Virus record (IMG/VR): IMGVR_UViG_3300032249_001461
Location: 1 to 64,000 of that record
Strand: one strand, 5' to 3'
DNA: 64,000 nt
Origin: a virus
The translations under genes were made by a program, and so were the position numbers. How positions within the stretch are numbered: the first letter of the stretch is position 1; each line of letters starts with the position of its first letter. Below, in pieces: positions 37,924 to 47,004 of the stretch. Under the pieces are notes generated by a model. The model had not been told where the DNA came from, did not search any database, and worked only from the letters and a program-made list of their open reading frames with translations.

Positions 37924-38196
37924 ATGTTTAGCTTCCGTGAATTCCGCGAGAAAAAGGACGAAACCAAGGCCCTGGAAGTCGTAATGAAGGGCATGAACCT
38001 TCAGAGCGACGGCGATTTCTGGGACGGTTTCTTGAGCCTTTGCGGCAACGCAGACGGAATGGCATTGCTCCTCGATGTGCCCAGAGAAAAGGTGACCGCG
38101 TTGGCGGGCAGGATCGGAAGGCTCAAGGGGATGGTCGGCGATGACGACAACCAAGCAACGAAGGACAGACTAATAAAAACTGGGGGAGATGTATGA
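37924..38196 (+). CDS. Leader-bearing small protein
   Basis: MFSFREF; TAGATA 5 nt upstream; first gene of an ATGA-coupled operon. Confidence 0.75.
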   Translation: MFSFREFREKKDETKALEVVMKGMNLQSDGDFWDGFLSLCGNADGMALLLDVPREKVTALAGRIGRLKGMVGDDDNQATKDRLIKTGGDV

Positions 38197-38528
38197 AGAG
38201 CATAAGAGAGTGGAGGGAGGAGAATGGGATGAATGAGGCTTCGGGGATGGCGGGATCCAATCCATTCAGCAATGCGGCATTCCGCAACGTGATGGGCGGA
38301 GGAGAAGTAGACCCCGCGATCAAGCTCAAGCTCAGGTCGCGCATTTTGGATTTGGTAAAGGAATTCCCGGAGATGGGACAGGCTCAACTATTCCAGTCCA
38401 TCATGTCGGTCGTCGGTCAGATTCTGACGCATGGTTCTGGAAGCAAGGTTTCTGCGGGGAATCTTTACGGCAAACTCAACAACGGCGCGCCACAAGGCCA
38501 GCCGAACAATCAGGAGGCAATGAAATGA
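38193..38528 (+). CDS. Leader-bearing small protein
   Basis: MKSIREW...MNE; paralog of the next gene. Confidence 0.75.
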   Translation: MKSIREWREENGMNEASGMAGSNPFSNAAFRNVMGGGEVDPAIKLKLRSRILDLVKEFPEMGQAQLFQSIMSVVGQILTHGSGSKVSAGNLYGKLNNGAPQGQPNNQEAMK

Positions 38529-38863
38529 AATCGATAAGAGAATGGATGAAGGAGAGGGGAATCGTCAGCGAGGACATGAACAAGATGGCCTTTTCCAGGT
38601 TCATGCGCGATCCGGGCGACGCGGGGACTACGATGGAATTGGACACTTCGTTGAAGTCCAAGCTTAATCCTGTGATAGATCGCATCATGAAGATGGAGGA
38701 GTTTGCGGACGAGGATCCCGAGACCCTCCTCAGGCAGATCATGGCGGTCGTTTCCGCGAGGCTCGCGGGCATGTCGGGCAGCACGCTGTCGACGAGCAGG
38801 GTCGTTGACAAGATGAACAGGCTCGGAAACAACGACGAGCCGATAGCCCGAGAGGTTGGATGA
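38525..38863 (+). CDS. Leader-bearing small protein
   Basis: MKSIREWM...VSE. Confidence 0.75.
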   Translation: MKSIREWMKERGIVSEDMNKMAFSRFMRDPGDAGTTMELDTSLKSKLNPVIDRIMKMEEFADEDPETLLRQIMAVVSARLAGMSGSTLSTSRVVDKMNRLGNNDEPIAREVG

Positions 38864-39159
38864 TACCTTCTTTCCTTTCTTGGATGGAGAGCGACGAGGT
38901 CTCCCCCCTCACGGAGCCCCAGCACAAGCGTGGCGAGGGCGGGATGAGGCTTGATGCCATAGTTGAACGCCGTATGAAGCAGATCATCATGGATTTGGAA
39001 AGTTCGGGCAAGGGCACGCAAGAGGAGATTCTCGCCGCGGTGCAGAAGTACCTTTCTACGAAGGGAGTGAAGGGCAACCAGGCTCCACAGCAACAGAACC
39101 AGCAGGCACAGGAGCCGGCCCCCAACCAGCAGGCCCAGTCGGGAGACGCGGTAATATGA
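38860..39159 (+). CDS. Leader-bearing small protein
   Basis: MIPSFLSWME. Confidence 0.7.
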   Translation: MIPSFLSWMESDEVSPLTEPQHKRGEGGMRLDAIVERRMKQIIMDLESSGKGTQEEILAAVQKYLSTKGVKGNQAPQQQNQQAQEPAPNQQAQSGDAVI

Positions 39160-39491
39160 AGAAGTTTTCGCAGTGGATGGAAGAAAACCACGGCAGGGAC
39201 GAAAAATGGCTCGGCCAGGAGAGGGCGAGGCTCATGAAATGGCCCCGCGAAGACCTAATAGCCTGGCTCAGGTGGAACGACCCCAACGGCTCCTTTACCG
39301 ACGAGGACGCCGAAGCCGAGGGCATGGATCCCTTGGACGTCGAAGGCGCCGTAGAAATCATCATGCAGCACGTTGAGGAGAACCTCGAGACCCCCGAGGA
39401 GATGAGGGCGGCCTCGTCGAGACAGGCCTATCGCCAGCCCGCCATGCCCCTGGCTTGGGATGCGAAGGGGCTTATGTCCCGTTCCCGCTGA
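39156..39491 (+). CDS. Leader-bearing small protein
   Basis: MKKFSQWMEE. Confidence 0.7.
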   Translation: MKKFSQWMEENHGRDEKWLGQERARLMKWPREDLIAWLRWNDPNGSFTDEDAEAEGMDPLDVEGAVEIIMQHVEENLETPEEMRAASSRQAYRQPAMPLAWDAKGLMSRSR

Positions 39492-39494
39492 AAT

Positions 39495-40775
39495 TCAAAG
39501 AGCCTTTTCTATGAATCCGACCGCTTCATCCACGTCCATCTTGGAGAACGTGAGATGAGGCCTGAATCGCACCGACTTCTTGCCGCACGGCAGGGCAAGC
39601 ACGTTCTCCTCAAGTCGCGTGAGGAACGAGTTTCTTTTGTCTGTGGAGCCAAAGTCAAATGACAACATCAGGCCTCTGCCTCTGATGTTGCTCACTTTTC
39701 CGTGCAAATGCTTGAGGCAAGAAAGAAAGTATTCCCCGACCTCCTTCGCATTTGACACAAGGTCGTCCTCCTGGATGATCTCCATCTGCATGGTGGATCT
39801 GACCATGTCCACTATGTTTCCTCCCCATGTGGAGTTTATTCTTGATGGCTCCGTGAAGACGTTGTCCTTTACCTCGTCCAGTCTTTCCCCGCCGCATATC
39901 CCGCAAACCTGAACCTTCTTTCCGAAGCACATGATGTCGGGCTTTATGTCAAAATGCTGGTAAGCCCATGTCTTGCCCGTCATGCCCATTCCCGTCTGTA
40001 CCTCGTCGAAAATGAGAAGGCATTCTTTTTCATCGGCAAGTCTTCTCAATGCGCTGAAGAATTCGTATCTGAAGTGGTTGTCTCCGCCCTCGCCCTGTAT
40101 CGGCTCAAGGATGATTGCCGCCACATTTCCGCTCTCAAGAGCCTTTTTCGCTTCGTTTATCGCTATGGTCTCGGAGTTCCTGGCCTTTATTTCATCGACG
40201 CCGTCGAGATTGTGCCACGCCTTGGGATTGTGGATTTTCTTCCAGTTGAACTTGGGAAATCCGTAGGTCTTTGGATTCTTTGGGTCCCCGTTGTTCGTCA
40301 TGCTCATGGCGTATCCGCTTCTGCCGTGGACGGCCTCGTTCATGTATACGACCTGCAGGCTGTTGTATGCCTTGTCCTCGCTTATTCCCATCTTCTTTGC
40401 CTTCCAGTCGAATGCAGCCTTCAGTGCGTTTTCCACAGCGAGAGCTCCGCCGCAGATGTAGAAGTGGTGCGGAAAGTCGCGGGTGAATTCCGAGAACTTA
40501 TTCACGAAGTCCGCGAACTGCGTGGTGTACATGTCGGAGTTCGCAACTTTGTTCACCGCGGCGTCCGAAAGCCTTTCCTTCTGGCAGGTCATCTTCGGGT
40601 GGTTCCACCCGAGAGCCTGGCTCGCAAACTGCGAGAAGCAGTCCAGGTACTGCCTTCCCGTTCTCTCGTCCACAACCCACGATCCCTGGCTTCTTTTCAG
40701 ATCTACGACTATCGCATTCTTGTCTATGAGAAGTTTTGAGCCAAGAACACTTATGACGTCGTTTGGATCTGTCAT
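39495..40775 (-). CDS. lat: L-lysine 6-aminotransferase (class III PLP)
   Basis: GALAVENALKAAFDWK, HGRSGY, EPIQGEGGDNH, FDEVQTG, FGKK and SRINSTWGG. Confidence 0.88.
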   Translation of the reverse strand: MTDPNDVISVLGSKLLIDKNAIVVDLKRSQGSWVVDERTGRQYLDCFSQFASQALGWNHPKMTCQKERLSDAAVNKVANSDMYTTQFADFVNKFSEFTRDFPHHFYICGGALAVENALKAAFDWKAKKMGISEDKAYNSLQVVYMNEAVHGRSGYAMSMTNNGDPKNPKTYGFPKFNWKKIHNPKAWHNLDGVDEIKARNSETIAINEAKKALESGNVAAIILEPIQGEGGDNHFRYEFFSALRRLADEKECLLIFDEVQTGMGMTGKTWAYQHFDIKPDIMCFGKKVQVCGICGGERLDEVKDNVFTEPSRINSTWGGNIVDMVRSTMQMEIIQEDDLVSNAKEVGEYFLSCLKHLHGKVSNIRGRGLMLSFDFGSTDKRNSFLTRLEENVLALPCGKKSVRFRPHLTFSKMDVDEAVGFIEKAL

Positions 40776-41098
40776 GGAACCTCGTATTTGAGTCGGAAGT
40801 CGCTCATCAGGATTGTTTCTGCATAGTCGTATAGGCACTTCTCATTTTTGTCATCTATTTGCCTTAATCTATATACGGCCACCCGCTGATTTCCGTCCAG
40901 GTGTCCTCCCGTCAGGTATTCTATCAGCTTCTCCCCCAGGGTCTCCCTTTCCATCTCGTTTCCGTCCACGATTCTTTTGAGTATCTTCGGGGGTTTGTTG
41001 CCGTTTATCTCTATGGCTATGTCAAGGCAGCCGTCGGCCGGACCCCCTACGAGCATGGCGTCCCATTCGTATCCGTACCCCTCATCGTCCTTGATCAT
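40772..41098 (-). CDS. Hypothetical protein
   Basis: ATGA-coupled on both sides; GGPADG. Confidence 0.65.
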   Translation of the reverse strand: MIKDDEGYGYEWDAMLVGGPADGCLDIAIEINGNKPPKILKRIVDGNEMERETLGEKLIEYLTGGHLDGNQRVAVYRLRQIDDKNEKCLYDYAETILMSDFRLKYEVP

Positions 41099-41424
41099 AT
41101 CCACCCCTCCAACGTGGCTCTCTTTATCTCTTCCGTCGTGACTTTTCTGCCGAGGGCTTCCGAAACGCTTTTGATGAACTCTCTTTCTATCTTCTTCTGC
41201 TCCTCCACGAGGAAGTTTATCCCCTTGTGCTTGGCTTCTAGGAATCTGAGTACGTCTATTTTGAAATCAAGCTTTTTGCCGTCTATGAAAACGGCCTTTT
41301 CAACGCCGTCCTCCTGTGGGTTCGGCCCCAGCGGACGCATTTTCACTTCAAATTTTCGCTTGAAGTTGCCCTTGGCATCTAGCGGGGGTATTTCGCCTAT
41401 CATCTTTGTTCTGTCCTGTTCCAT
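41095..41424 (-). CDS. Hypothetical protein
   Basis: 109 aa; TATAAT just upstream. Confidence 0.7.
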   Translation of the reverse strand: MEQDRTKMIGEIPPLDAKGNFKRKFEVKMRPLGPNPQEDGVEKAVFIDGKKLDFKIDVLRFLEAKHKGINFLVEEQKKIEREFIKSVSEALGRKVTTEEIKRATLEGWI

Positions 41425-41459
41425 GTCTTATTATAGTTCAATTAGAGCCTATATACTGC

Positions 41460-41960
41460 ATGTTGTGGATTGAATCTTCCCTGAAAGACCTGTATAAGAG
41501 CTCCGAGGATGCTTTCCCCGGCACCAGGATGAGGCAATATGCGACCCAGCCCGTGAGGGTGGAACATCTGGAGTGGGTGCCTTTTCTCGGGGTGGGAACG
41601 CTTTTCGTCAAGGCCACGGTGAGAAACGAGGGCAGGAAGAACGAATCCATAATGCTTTTCAAGGGGGTGGGCTACGGAGACGAAAAGGGCAGGATTCCCC
41701 TCATTGACTCCTCGGGCAGGAAGGTCTTTCTGAAGAGGCTTTCGGAGGCGGAGGGCGACGTGCTCGTCAGGTGCTCGTGCGGAGACTTCTTCAACAGATT
41801 CAACTACTACAACAGCCTTGATGGCTCCCTGTTTGGAAGAAAAAGACGGAAGTACGAGGGGAGGGGGCTGTGGGAGGCAAATCCCAATGGTCTGCCCGGC
41901 ATGTGCAAGCATTTGATGAAGATGACCTTGGTTTTGCGCGAATCGGGACTGTTGGTCTAG
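41460..41960 (+). CDS. SWIM-type Zn-finger protein
   Basis: VRCSCGDF...CKH; TATATA 4 nt upstream. Confidence 0.7.
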   Translation: MLWIESSLKDLYKSSEDAFPGTRMRQYATQPVRVEHLEWVPFLGVGTLFVKATVRNEGRKNESIMLFKGVGYGDEKGRIPLIDSSGRKVFLKRLSEAEGDVLVRCSCGDFFNRFNYYNSLDGSLFGRKRRKYEGRGLWEANPNGLPGMCKHLMKMTLVLRESGLLV

Positions 41961-41994
41961 TAAAGTCTTCAGCGGCTCGAATATATAATCAAGC

Positions 41995-42558
41995 ATGACA
42001 CACATGATCAATCCGAAGATAACGCCCTCCCAGAGATTTCTCATAATAGGAACCATCCTTGGGGGGAGCTCTATAATCAAGCCCACGAAGGGCAAGAACT
42101 GCTATATGTCCATGAGGGAAAAGGACTTTTCCTGGCTCAAATTCAAGGCGGAGCAACTGAAGGATCTTACCTCGCAGTCTCCAATGACCATTGAGAAGAC
42201 GAACAGGTGGCATTCCGTGTGCTATCCGCTGTTCAACGAATACCACGCGATGTTCTACGAGGGAAAGGAGAGGGTGATCCGCACGGAAGCATTGAACCTG
42301 CTGCACGACTCCAGCATAGCCATATGGTTCGGCGACGCGGGAAAGTGCAAAGGCGACAGCGTGATAATCAACACCAACATATGGGGCAAGAAGGGAACGG
42401 ATGCGATAATCGAGTACTTCCGCAGCCTGGACTGGCAGTGCGACATTGTCATGGAAAGGAAAAACTACAGAATCGGACTGGACAGGGATTCTTCGAAGGA
42501 ATTTCTCAAAATGGTTTCCTCGTATCTTCCAAAGGACAGGAAATGTGGAAGAGACTAG
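41995..42558 (+). CDS. LAGLIDADG_2-like endonuclease with degenerate motifs
   Basis: IIGTILGGSSI and IAIWFGDAG. Confidence 0.7.
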   Translation: MTHMINPKITPSQRFLIIGTILGGSSIIKPTKGKNCYMSMREKDFSWLKFKAEQLKDLTSQSPMTIEKTNRWHSVCYPLFNEYHAMFYEGKERVIRTEALNLLHDSSIAIWFGDAGKCKGDSVIINTNIWGKKGTDAIIEYFRSLDWQCDIVMERKNYRIGLDRDSSKEFLKMVSSYLPKDRKCGRD

Positions 42559-43025
42559 GCAAGGACGGATCCAGGTGCTGGGGGTCTAGGGGAGCCGGCA
42601 TTTTCTTCACCGACGGCCGCAAGGTTCTCTTGCTCAAGAGAAGCGAGAAGGGGGACGGGTTCGGAACATGGGGGCTTCCCGGAGGCAAGGTCGAGGAAGG
42701 GGAGACCGACATAGACGCCGCGATGCGAGAGGCCAAGGAGGAGTGCGGAAGGGTTGCGGGTCAGAGGTTCGGCGACCTTCGGGAAAAGGACGGCATGCAC
42801 GAGTGGACGACCTTCTTATTCAGGGTTGACAAGCCATTCAAGTGCAGGCTCAGTGATGAGCACAGCGACTGGAAATGGGTCAAATTCAAATCTCTGGACG
42901 ATTACGAGCTGCACCCAAAACTGAAGGAGAATCTGGACAGGCATCTGAAGGCGGTGAAAAAGTCCGCGGGGAAAGGAGTCATTAAATTCAGAGAATGGCT
43001 TGAATTCAGATGCGATAGACGCTGA
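42543..43025 (+). CDS. NUDIX hydrolase
   Basis: GGKVEEGETDIDAAMREAKEECG Nudix box; C-terminal IKFREWLE. Confidence 0.9.
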   Translation: MWKRLGKDGSRCWGSRGAGIFFTDGRKVLLLKRSEKGDGFGTWGLPGGKVEEGETDIDAAMREAKEECGRVAGQRFGDLREKDGMHEWTTFLFRVDKPFKCRLSDEHSDWKWVKFKSLDDYELHPKLKENLDRHLKAVKKSAGKGVIKFREWLEFRCDRR

Positions 43026-43054
43026 ATTCCTGATTCCCTTTCCTCCCTAAACCT

Positions 43055-43492
43055 TCAGTCCCTCACTATCGTTACGCCCGACATCGGATCTTCGGTAAGG
43101 AGCCTTTCCTTTTCTGTCCCGTTGGGATCCGCCTCGTTGAGGGGGAGATCTTCCAGAACCTTGTGCTCCACTTTGCCCGTCTTCGTTACCTGTTCGGGCT
43201 GATCCAGTATCAACTTGTTTTCCACTTTTTCCTCCTTATTTTCTTCGGCCAGGGTTCTTACCAGAACGGCCTCCCTCGGAACCATGGAAAGGAAATAGCT
43301 GTCGCCCTCCCAAGTGCCGTTGGGCTCGATCCACCTCTTTCCGTCCTTTGATGCCTTCGGAAGTTCAAGCGAGGCAGAGGCATTTCTGTTCCTGAAGAGG
43401 TAGAGTCCAGTTCCCTTCTGGTAGTAGTCCAGAGTCTGCTTCTTCTGCTGTGTTCTTTCCAGCCTGCCGACCTTCTTGCTGGTTCTTTTCAT
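43055..43492 (-). CDS. Hypothetical protein
   Basis: 145 aa ORF; AAGG upstream. Confidence 0.65.
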   Translation of the reverse strand: MKRTSKKVGRLERTQQKKQTLDYYQKGTGLYLFRNRNASASLELPKASKDGKRWIEPNGTWEGDSYFLSMVPREAVLVRTLAEENKEEKVENKLILDQPEQVTKTGKVEHKVLEDLPLNEADPNGTEKERLLTEDPMSGVTIVRD

Positions 43493-43610
43493 GTTTGCCT
43501 TTTAATTTGTGTCCAGACGATATATTAGAGTAGTTAGGAGAGAAAATGTCGAAAATTAAGCCCAAAAAGCGGACGGACATTGAATCAGGGAAGTTTCTAA
43601 AAGTTGATCC

Positions 43611-45617
43611 TTACTGTTGATTTTTTCTAATCATGCCCGCGAGTGGCGGAGGCCTTGATGAATCAAATTTGGGTTCAACGTAGGTTTTTGACGGGAACAT
43701 CTTGGACAACTCCTGACACAGGAATTTCAGTCCCTTGTCAACCCATGAAATTATCGTGGCCTTCTCGTTCGATCCGAGTTCAAAGGACCGTCCCAACTTA
43801 CTCAAAAGAGCTTCTGCAACTTCATCATTGCTCAGTCCTATGACATTCAGTTGGCTCTTGCAGTCCGTTTTTTCTCCTCCTCTGATTTCACCCGTGGAAG
43901 TCCTTTGTATCACTGCATCCAGGAATTTATCTGGGGACATGACTCTTCCGTAAGCGTCGCAATTGAGTCCAAACTTTAGACACACCGCAATCGCCCATTT
44001 TGGATTGCGGCTTTTCAGCCTTGACAATGCCAGTGCGAGTTTTTTGATAAGTTCGCTTCTTTCGTTTCCTGCCATTACTTCGCCGGCGGGCGTGGAGCTT
44101 CTCCTTGATATTCCAGAGTCCGAATCGCCTTGCGCCCCCCTGCCGTATGCTCTTTCGTCGTCGGTGGGCGAGGCGGCGTCCCAAGATGATCCGTCGTCCT
44201 TGGACCCCATCACGCTCATGAAGCTCGGGCCTGATTTTGACCTTTTCAGGAAGTAGGTCCTGTAGTTCTGGAGCGTGGCTATCATCTTGTCGGGATCTAG
44301 AGATAGTATGGCTGGGTTTCTTGGTGCCTTGGAAAATACGTCTTTTATTATCTCAAACCTGAACCTTTCTTTTTCGGGCATGCTTTCAGGAGCGTATTCG
44401 CCTTCTTTTCCACCCTTGAATTTGTTCAAATAGTCTATGTATGATTCAAGACTTGTGGGAGTCTTTCCTTCCGCCTGATCCTTCAGAGCTTCTTTGACGT
44501 CAACATTGATTCTGCTGCTCTTCTTGTCCCTGTTGGAGTATTCGTCCCTTGTCCCCTTGCTCGGGGATAGCGCTATTCTCCTTTCATCCTCGGCCTTGGC
44601 GGGCTCCTTGTAAAGCAGTCTCTTGAAGTGATCTAGGATTTCGTCTACGAAATCGTCGTCTTCAAGTTCGTTGGATGAGGTGCCGAATTTGCTCTTGTCA
44701 CTCCTCAATCCGCCCCAAGGACTGAGTCCCCCTCGTCTTCTAGGTCTTTTTGAAACCTTGTCCATCATTCTCAGGATGAACTTGTTGGCGAGTTCCTCGG
44801 CGTCATACAGCTTCATTCCGTAGCCTCCGGCTCCAGTGTTCCTGCTGGATCGTGCCAAATACGAGTACTGCTGGGCGAACACCGAGTACAGAATTGTAAA
44901 AAAATCTTTCCTGGCTCTGGTGATGTTCTTCTTCACTTGCTCGTCAGTGATGCCAGCGGGTATTTCATTGCCCGATTCCTCGGCGGCGTCGTAGAAGGCC
45001 TTTTCCAACATAGAATCTATCTGCTCCCTGCTATACTCGGGGCTTCCTTCCTTGGTGCGCGAGGACATGAGCTCTTCCACATCAATATAGCCGAGATTCT
45101 TTAGAATGGGGATCGCATCTTCCATTTTGAAGTCGTCTTCCATCACATCCTGAAGGGAGATGTCGTCGTCTTCGCCGCCGTCTTGTTCGGAATCCCGACC
45201 GTATCCTGGGTCGCTTTTCATCCTCATGGCCTGGATCTGTCGGACGGCCTCCCTTCTCTTGAGCATTCCATCCCATCTCATCCACAAGGCCGCGTCTTTT
45301 AGTGCTTTTGCGGCCTCCCGTTCGGAAGTGATAACCTTGCCGTCTTCAAGACGTATTTTCATCTTGGATTCTGGCTCGTTGTTGTCCCGCTCCTGCTCCT
45401 GTTCCTGGCTGGAGTTCACCGGCTTTGCGTCCTCCGAGCCGGAGAAGGGGTCGTCCAGTTCGGCGGGAGTTCCTTCGTCATCCTCATCCTCCATGGATTC
45501 AAGAAAAAACCGGGCCGTCTTTCTGACTGCCATTTCCGCGATTGTCTCGTTCAGGGCGGGTTCGTAGACCTCCGTCCTAATTCTGTCGAGTTCCAGCCAC
45601 TCTTTGAGACAAAGCAT
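43611..45617 (-). CDS. Leader-bearing protein with sigma70 region 2- and region 4-like segments
   Basis: YDAEELANKFILRMM; LALALSRL...AVCLKFGL...LSNDEVAEAL...TIISWVDKGLKFL. Confidence 0.55.
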   Translation of the reverse strand: MLCLKEWLELDRIRTEVYEPALNETIAEMAVRKTARFFLESMEDEDDEGTPAELDDPFSGSEDAKPVNSSQEQEQERDNNEPESKMKIRLEDGKVITSEREAAKALKDAALWMRWDGMLKRREAVRQIQAMRMKSDPGYGRDSEQDGGEDDDISLQDVMEDDFKMEDAIPILKNLGYIDVEELMSSRTKEGSPEYSREQIDSMLEKAFYDAAEESGNEIPAGITDEQVKKNITRARKDFFTILYSVFAQQYSYLARSSRNTGAGGYGMKLYDAEELANKFILRMMDKVSKRPRRRGGLSPWGGLRSDKSKFGTSSNELEDDDFVDEILDHFKRLLYKEPAKAEDERRIALSPSKGTRDEYSNRDKKSSRINVDVKEALKDQAEGKTPTSLESYIDYLNKFKGGKEGEYAPESMPEKERFRFEIIKDVFSKAPRNPAILSLDPDKMIATLQNYRTYFLKRSKSGPSFMSVMGSKDDGSSWDAASPTDDERAYGRGAQGDSDSGISRRSSTPAGEVMAGNERSELIKKLALALSRLKSRNPKWAIAVCLKFGLNCDAYGRVMSPDKFLDAVIQRTSTGEIRGGEKTDCKSQLNVIGLSNDEVAEALLSKLGRSFELGSNEKATIISWVDKGLKFLCQELSKMFPSKTYVEPKFDSSRPPPLAGMIRKNQQ

Positions 45618-45715
45618 TTTTAGAATCCCCTTTTAATTAGCATTGAACTATATATGTCTTAAGAAAAACATTCCGAAGCAACTATATAATCCGAGCCCCT
45701 TTTTTGGAGATAGAT

Positions 45716-45982
45716 ATGAAATCATTTTTGGACTGGTTGAAAGAGGAAAGGCTGGAGCTCCCGACCTTCACGGACGCGGGCGAAGCGGAAGGAAATGTTG
45801 ATGCTCCCGCCGGGAAGAAGACTGTGGAGGAGAAGACGAAGAGAACCGGACTTAGCGCCAACTATCCTCCGGCCTATGTTTCGGGCCAGTACCCGCACAA
45901 GTATTTCAATCCCTCCAAGGCTACGGCTGACCTCGACATAAAGAACATCGAGGACAAGAACGTCGTAACCCCCGAGGAGTAG
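45716..45982 (+). CDS. Leader-bearing small protein
   Basis: MKSFLDWLKEE; TATATA box and GGAG SD. Confidence 0.75.
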   Translation: MKSFLDWLKEERLELPTFTDAGEAEGNVDAPAGKKTVEEKTKRTGLSANYPPAYVSGQYPHKYFNPSKATADLDIKNIEDKNVVTPEE

Positions 45983-45984
45983 TC

Positions 45985-46233
45985 ATGGGTTGCGGATGCG
46001 GCGGAGGAAAAAACCTCCGTTCCACGAGGAGTTCTTCCACGCCCACGCCGGCACAGACCGGCACGAATGTGAGGCAGGTTCAGCTGCAGTCTGCGCAGAG
46101 GCAGGCTCTTATTCAGCAGGCCAGGGAGAGAATAAACCAGAACCAGGTCAATTCCCTGGACACCGAGGCGGAGAGAAAAAGAAGGATTCAGGTGTCCCTG
46201 AGAAACAGGAACATGAGGCCGAGGGAAAACTAG
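45985..46233 (+). CDS. Small basic protein starting MGCGCGG
   Basis: GAGGAG SD; Arg/Gln-rich. Confidence 0.65.
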   Translation: MGCGCGGGKNLRSTRSSSTPTPAQTGTNVRQVQLQSAQRQALIQQARERINQNQVNSLDTEAERKRRIQVSLRNRNMRPREN

Positions 46234-46970
46234 AATCCGATCAGGCTTATCTTTTTCATCCCCTCCGGCATTTTTATTTCGGGCGGTTCGTCTGTGTTGA
46301 TGACCACGTTCTTCATCTCAAAATCCAAAGATGCGTTCTCCTCGTGCCAGAATACATTCACTTCCTTTGGGATTTCAAAGCCGTCTATTTTCTGATGGGA
46401 TTTGAAAGTCGCCGTCATCATGGGGAGCCCATCTCTGTGGTATGTCACTCCCTTCATCTTGTCGTCTTTGAAGAGCACGCATTTGACGAGGTCGCCCTCG
46501 GAGCGCGTAAGGCACGCGACCCCTTCTTGAACGGAAATTGATTCCCATATGATCTCGTCCACGCCAAGAGCCGAAGTGATGAGGTCTGGCCTCATGGGCA
46601 GGACGACCCTTGTGGATGAAATCTTGGGCAGAGGGCAGTGGTATATGGATTCTTTGTCAAAATCCCGCATCCAGAACCAGTAGTCCCTTCCATCCGTCCC
46701 TATCTCGGCCTGTTTTCTTCCGAAAAACGAGCTCGTGACCGCAAGTACCTTGGATGGCTTTATGTAAACAACCTCCGTCTTGGCGCCTATTGAGGATACA
46801 TTGCAAGAAATGCTCTTTATGGAAGAGACGGAGGCGTTGAAGTCGCGTATGTGTCCAACAACCTCCTCTTCGCTTGGGATGCGTGCTGGCTCCTCCGTCT
46901 TGGGGAGGATGAGAAAGAGGACCAATAGGAATGCCGCAAATGATGCGGCCAAAAATGCTTTGCGGTACAT
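46230..46970 (-). CDS. Membrane-anchored periplasmic-type beta protein
   Basis: N-terminal TM helix; EIGTDGRDYWFW. Confidence 0.65.
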   Translation of the reverse strand: MYRKAFLAASFAAFLLVLFLILPKTEEPARIPSEEEVVGHIRDFNASVSSIKSISCNVSSIGAKTEVVYIKPSKVLAVTSSFFGRKQAEIGTDGRDYWFWMRDFDKESIYHCPLPKISSTRVVLPMRPDLITSALGVDEIIWESISVQEGVACLTRSEGDLVKCVLFKDDKMKGVTYHRDGLPMMTATFKSHQKIDGFEIPKEVNVFWHEENASLDFEMKNVVINTDEPPEIKMPEGMKKISLIGF

Positions 46971-47004
46971 ATATATTAGGTCACTTATTTACACCGGAGT
47001 CATC

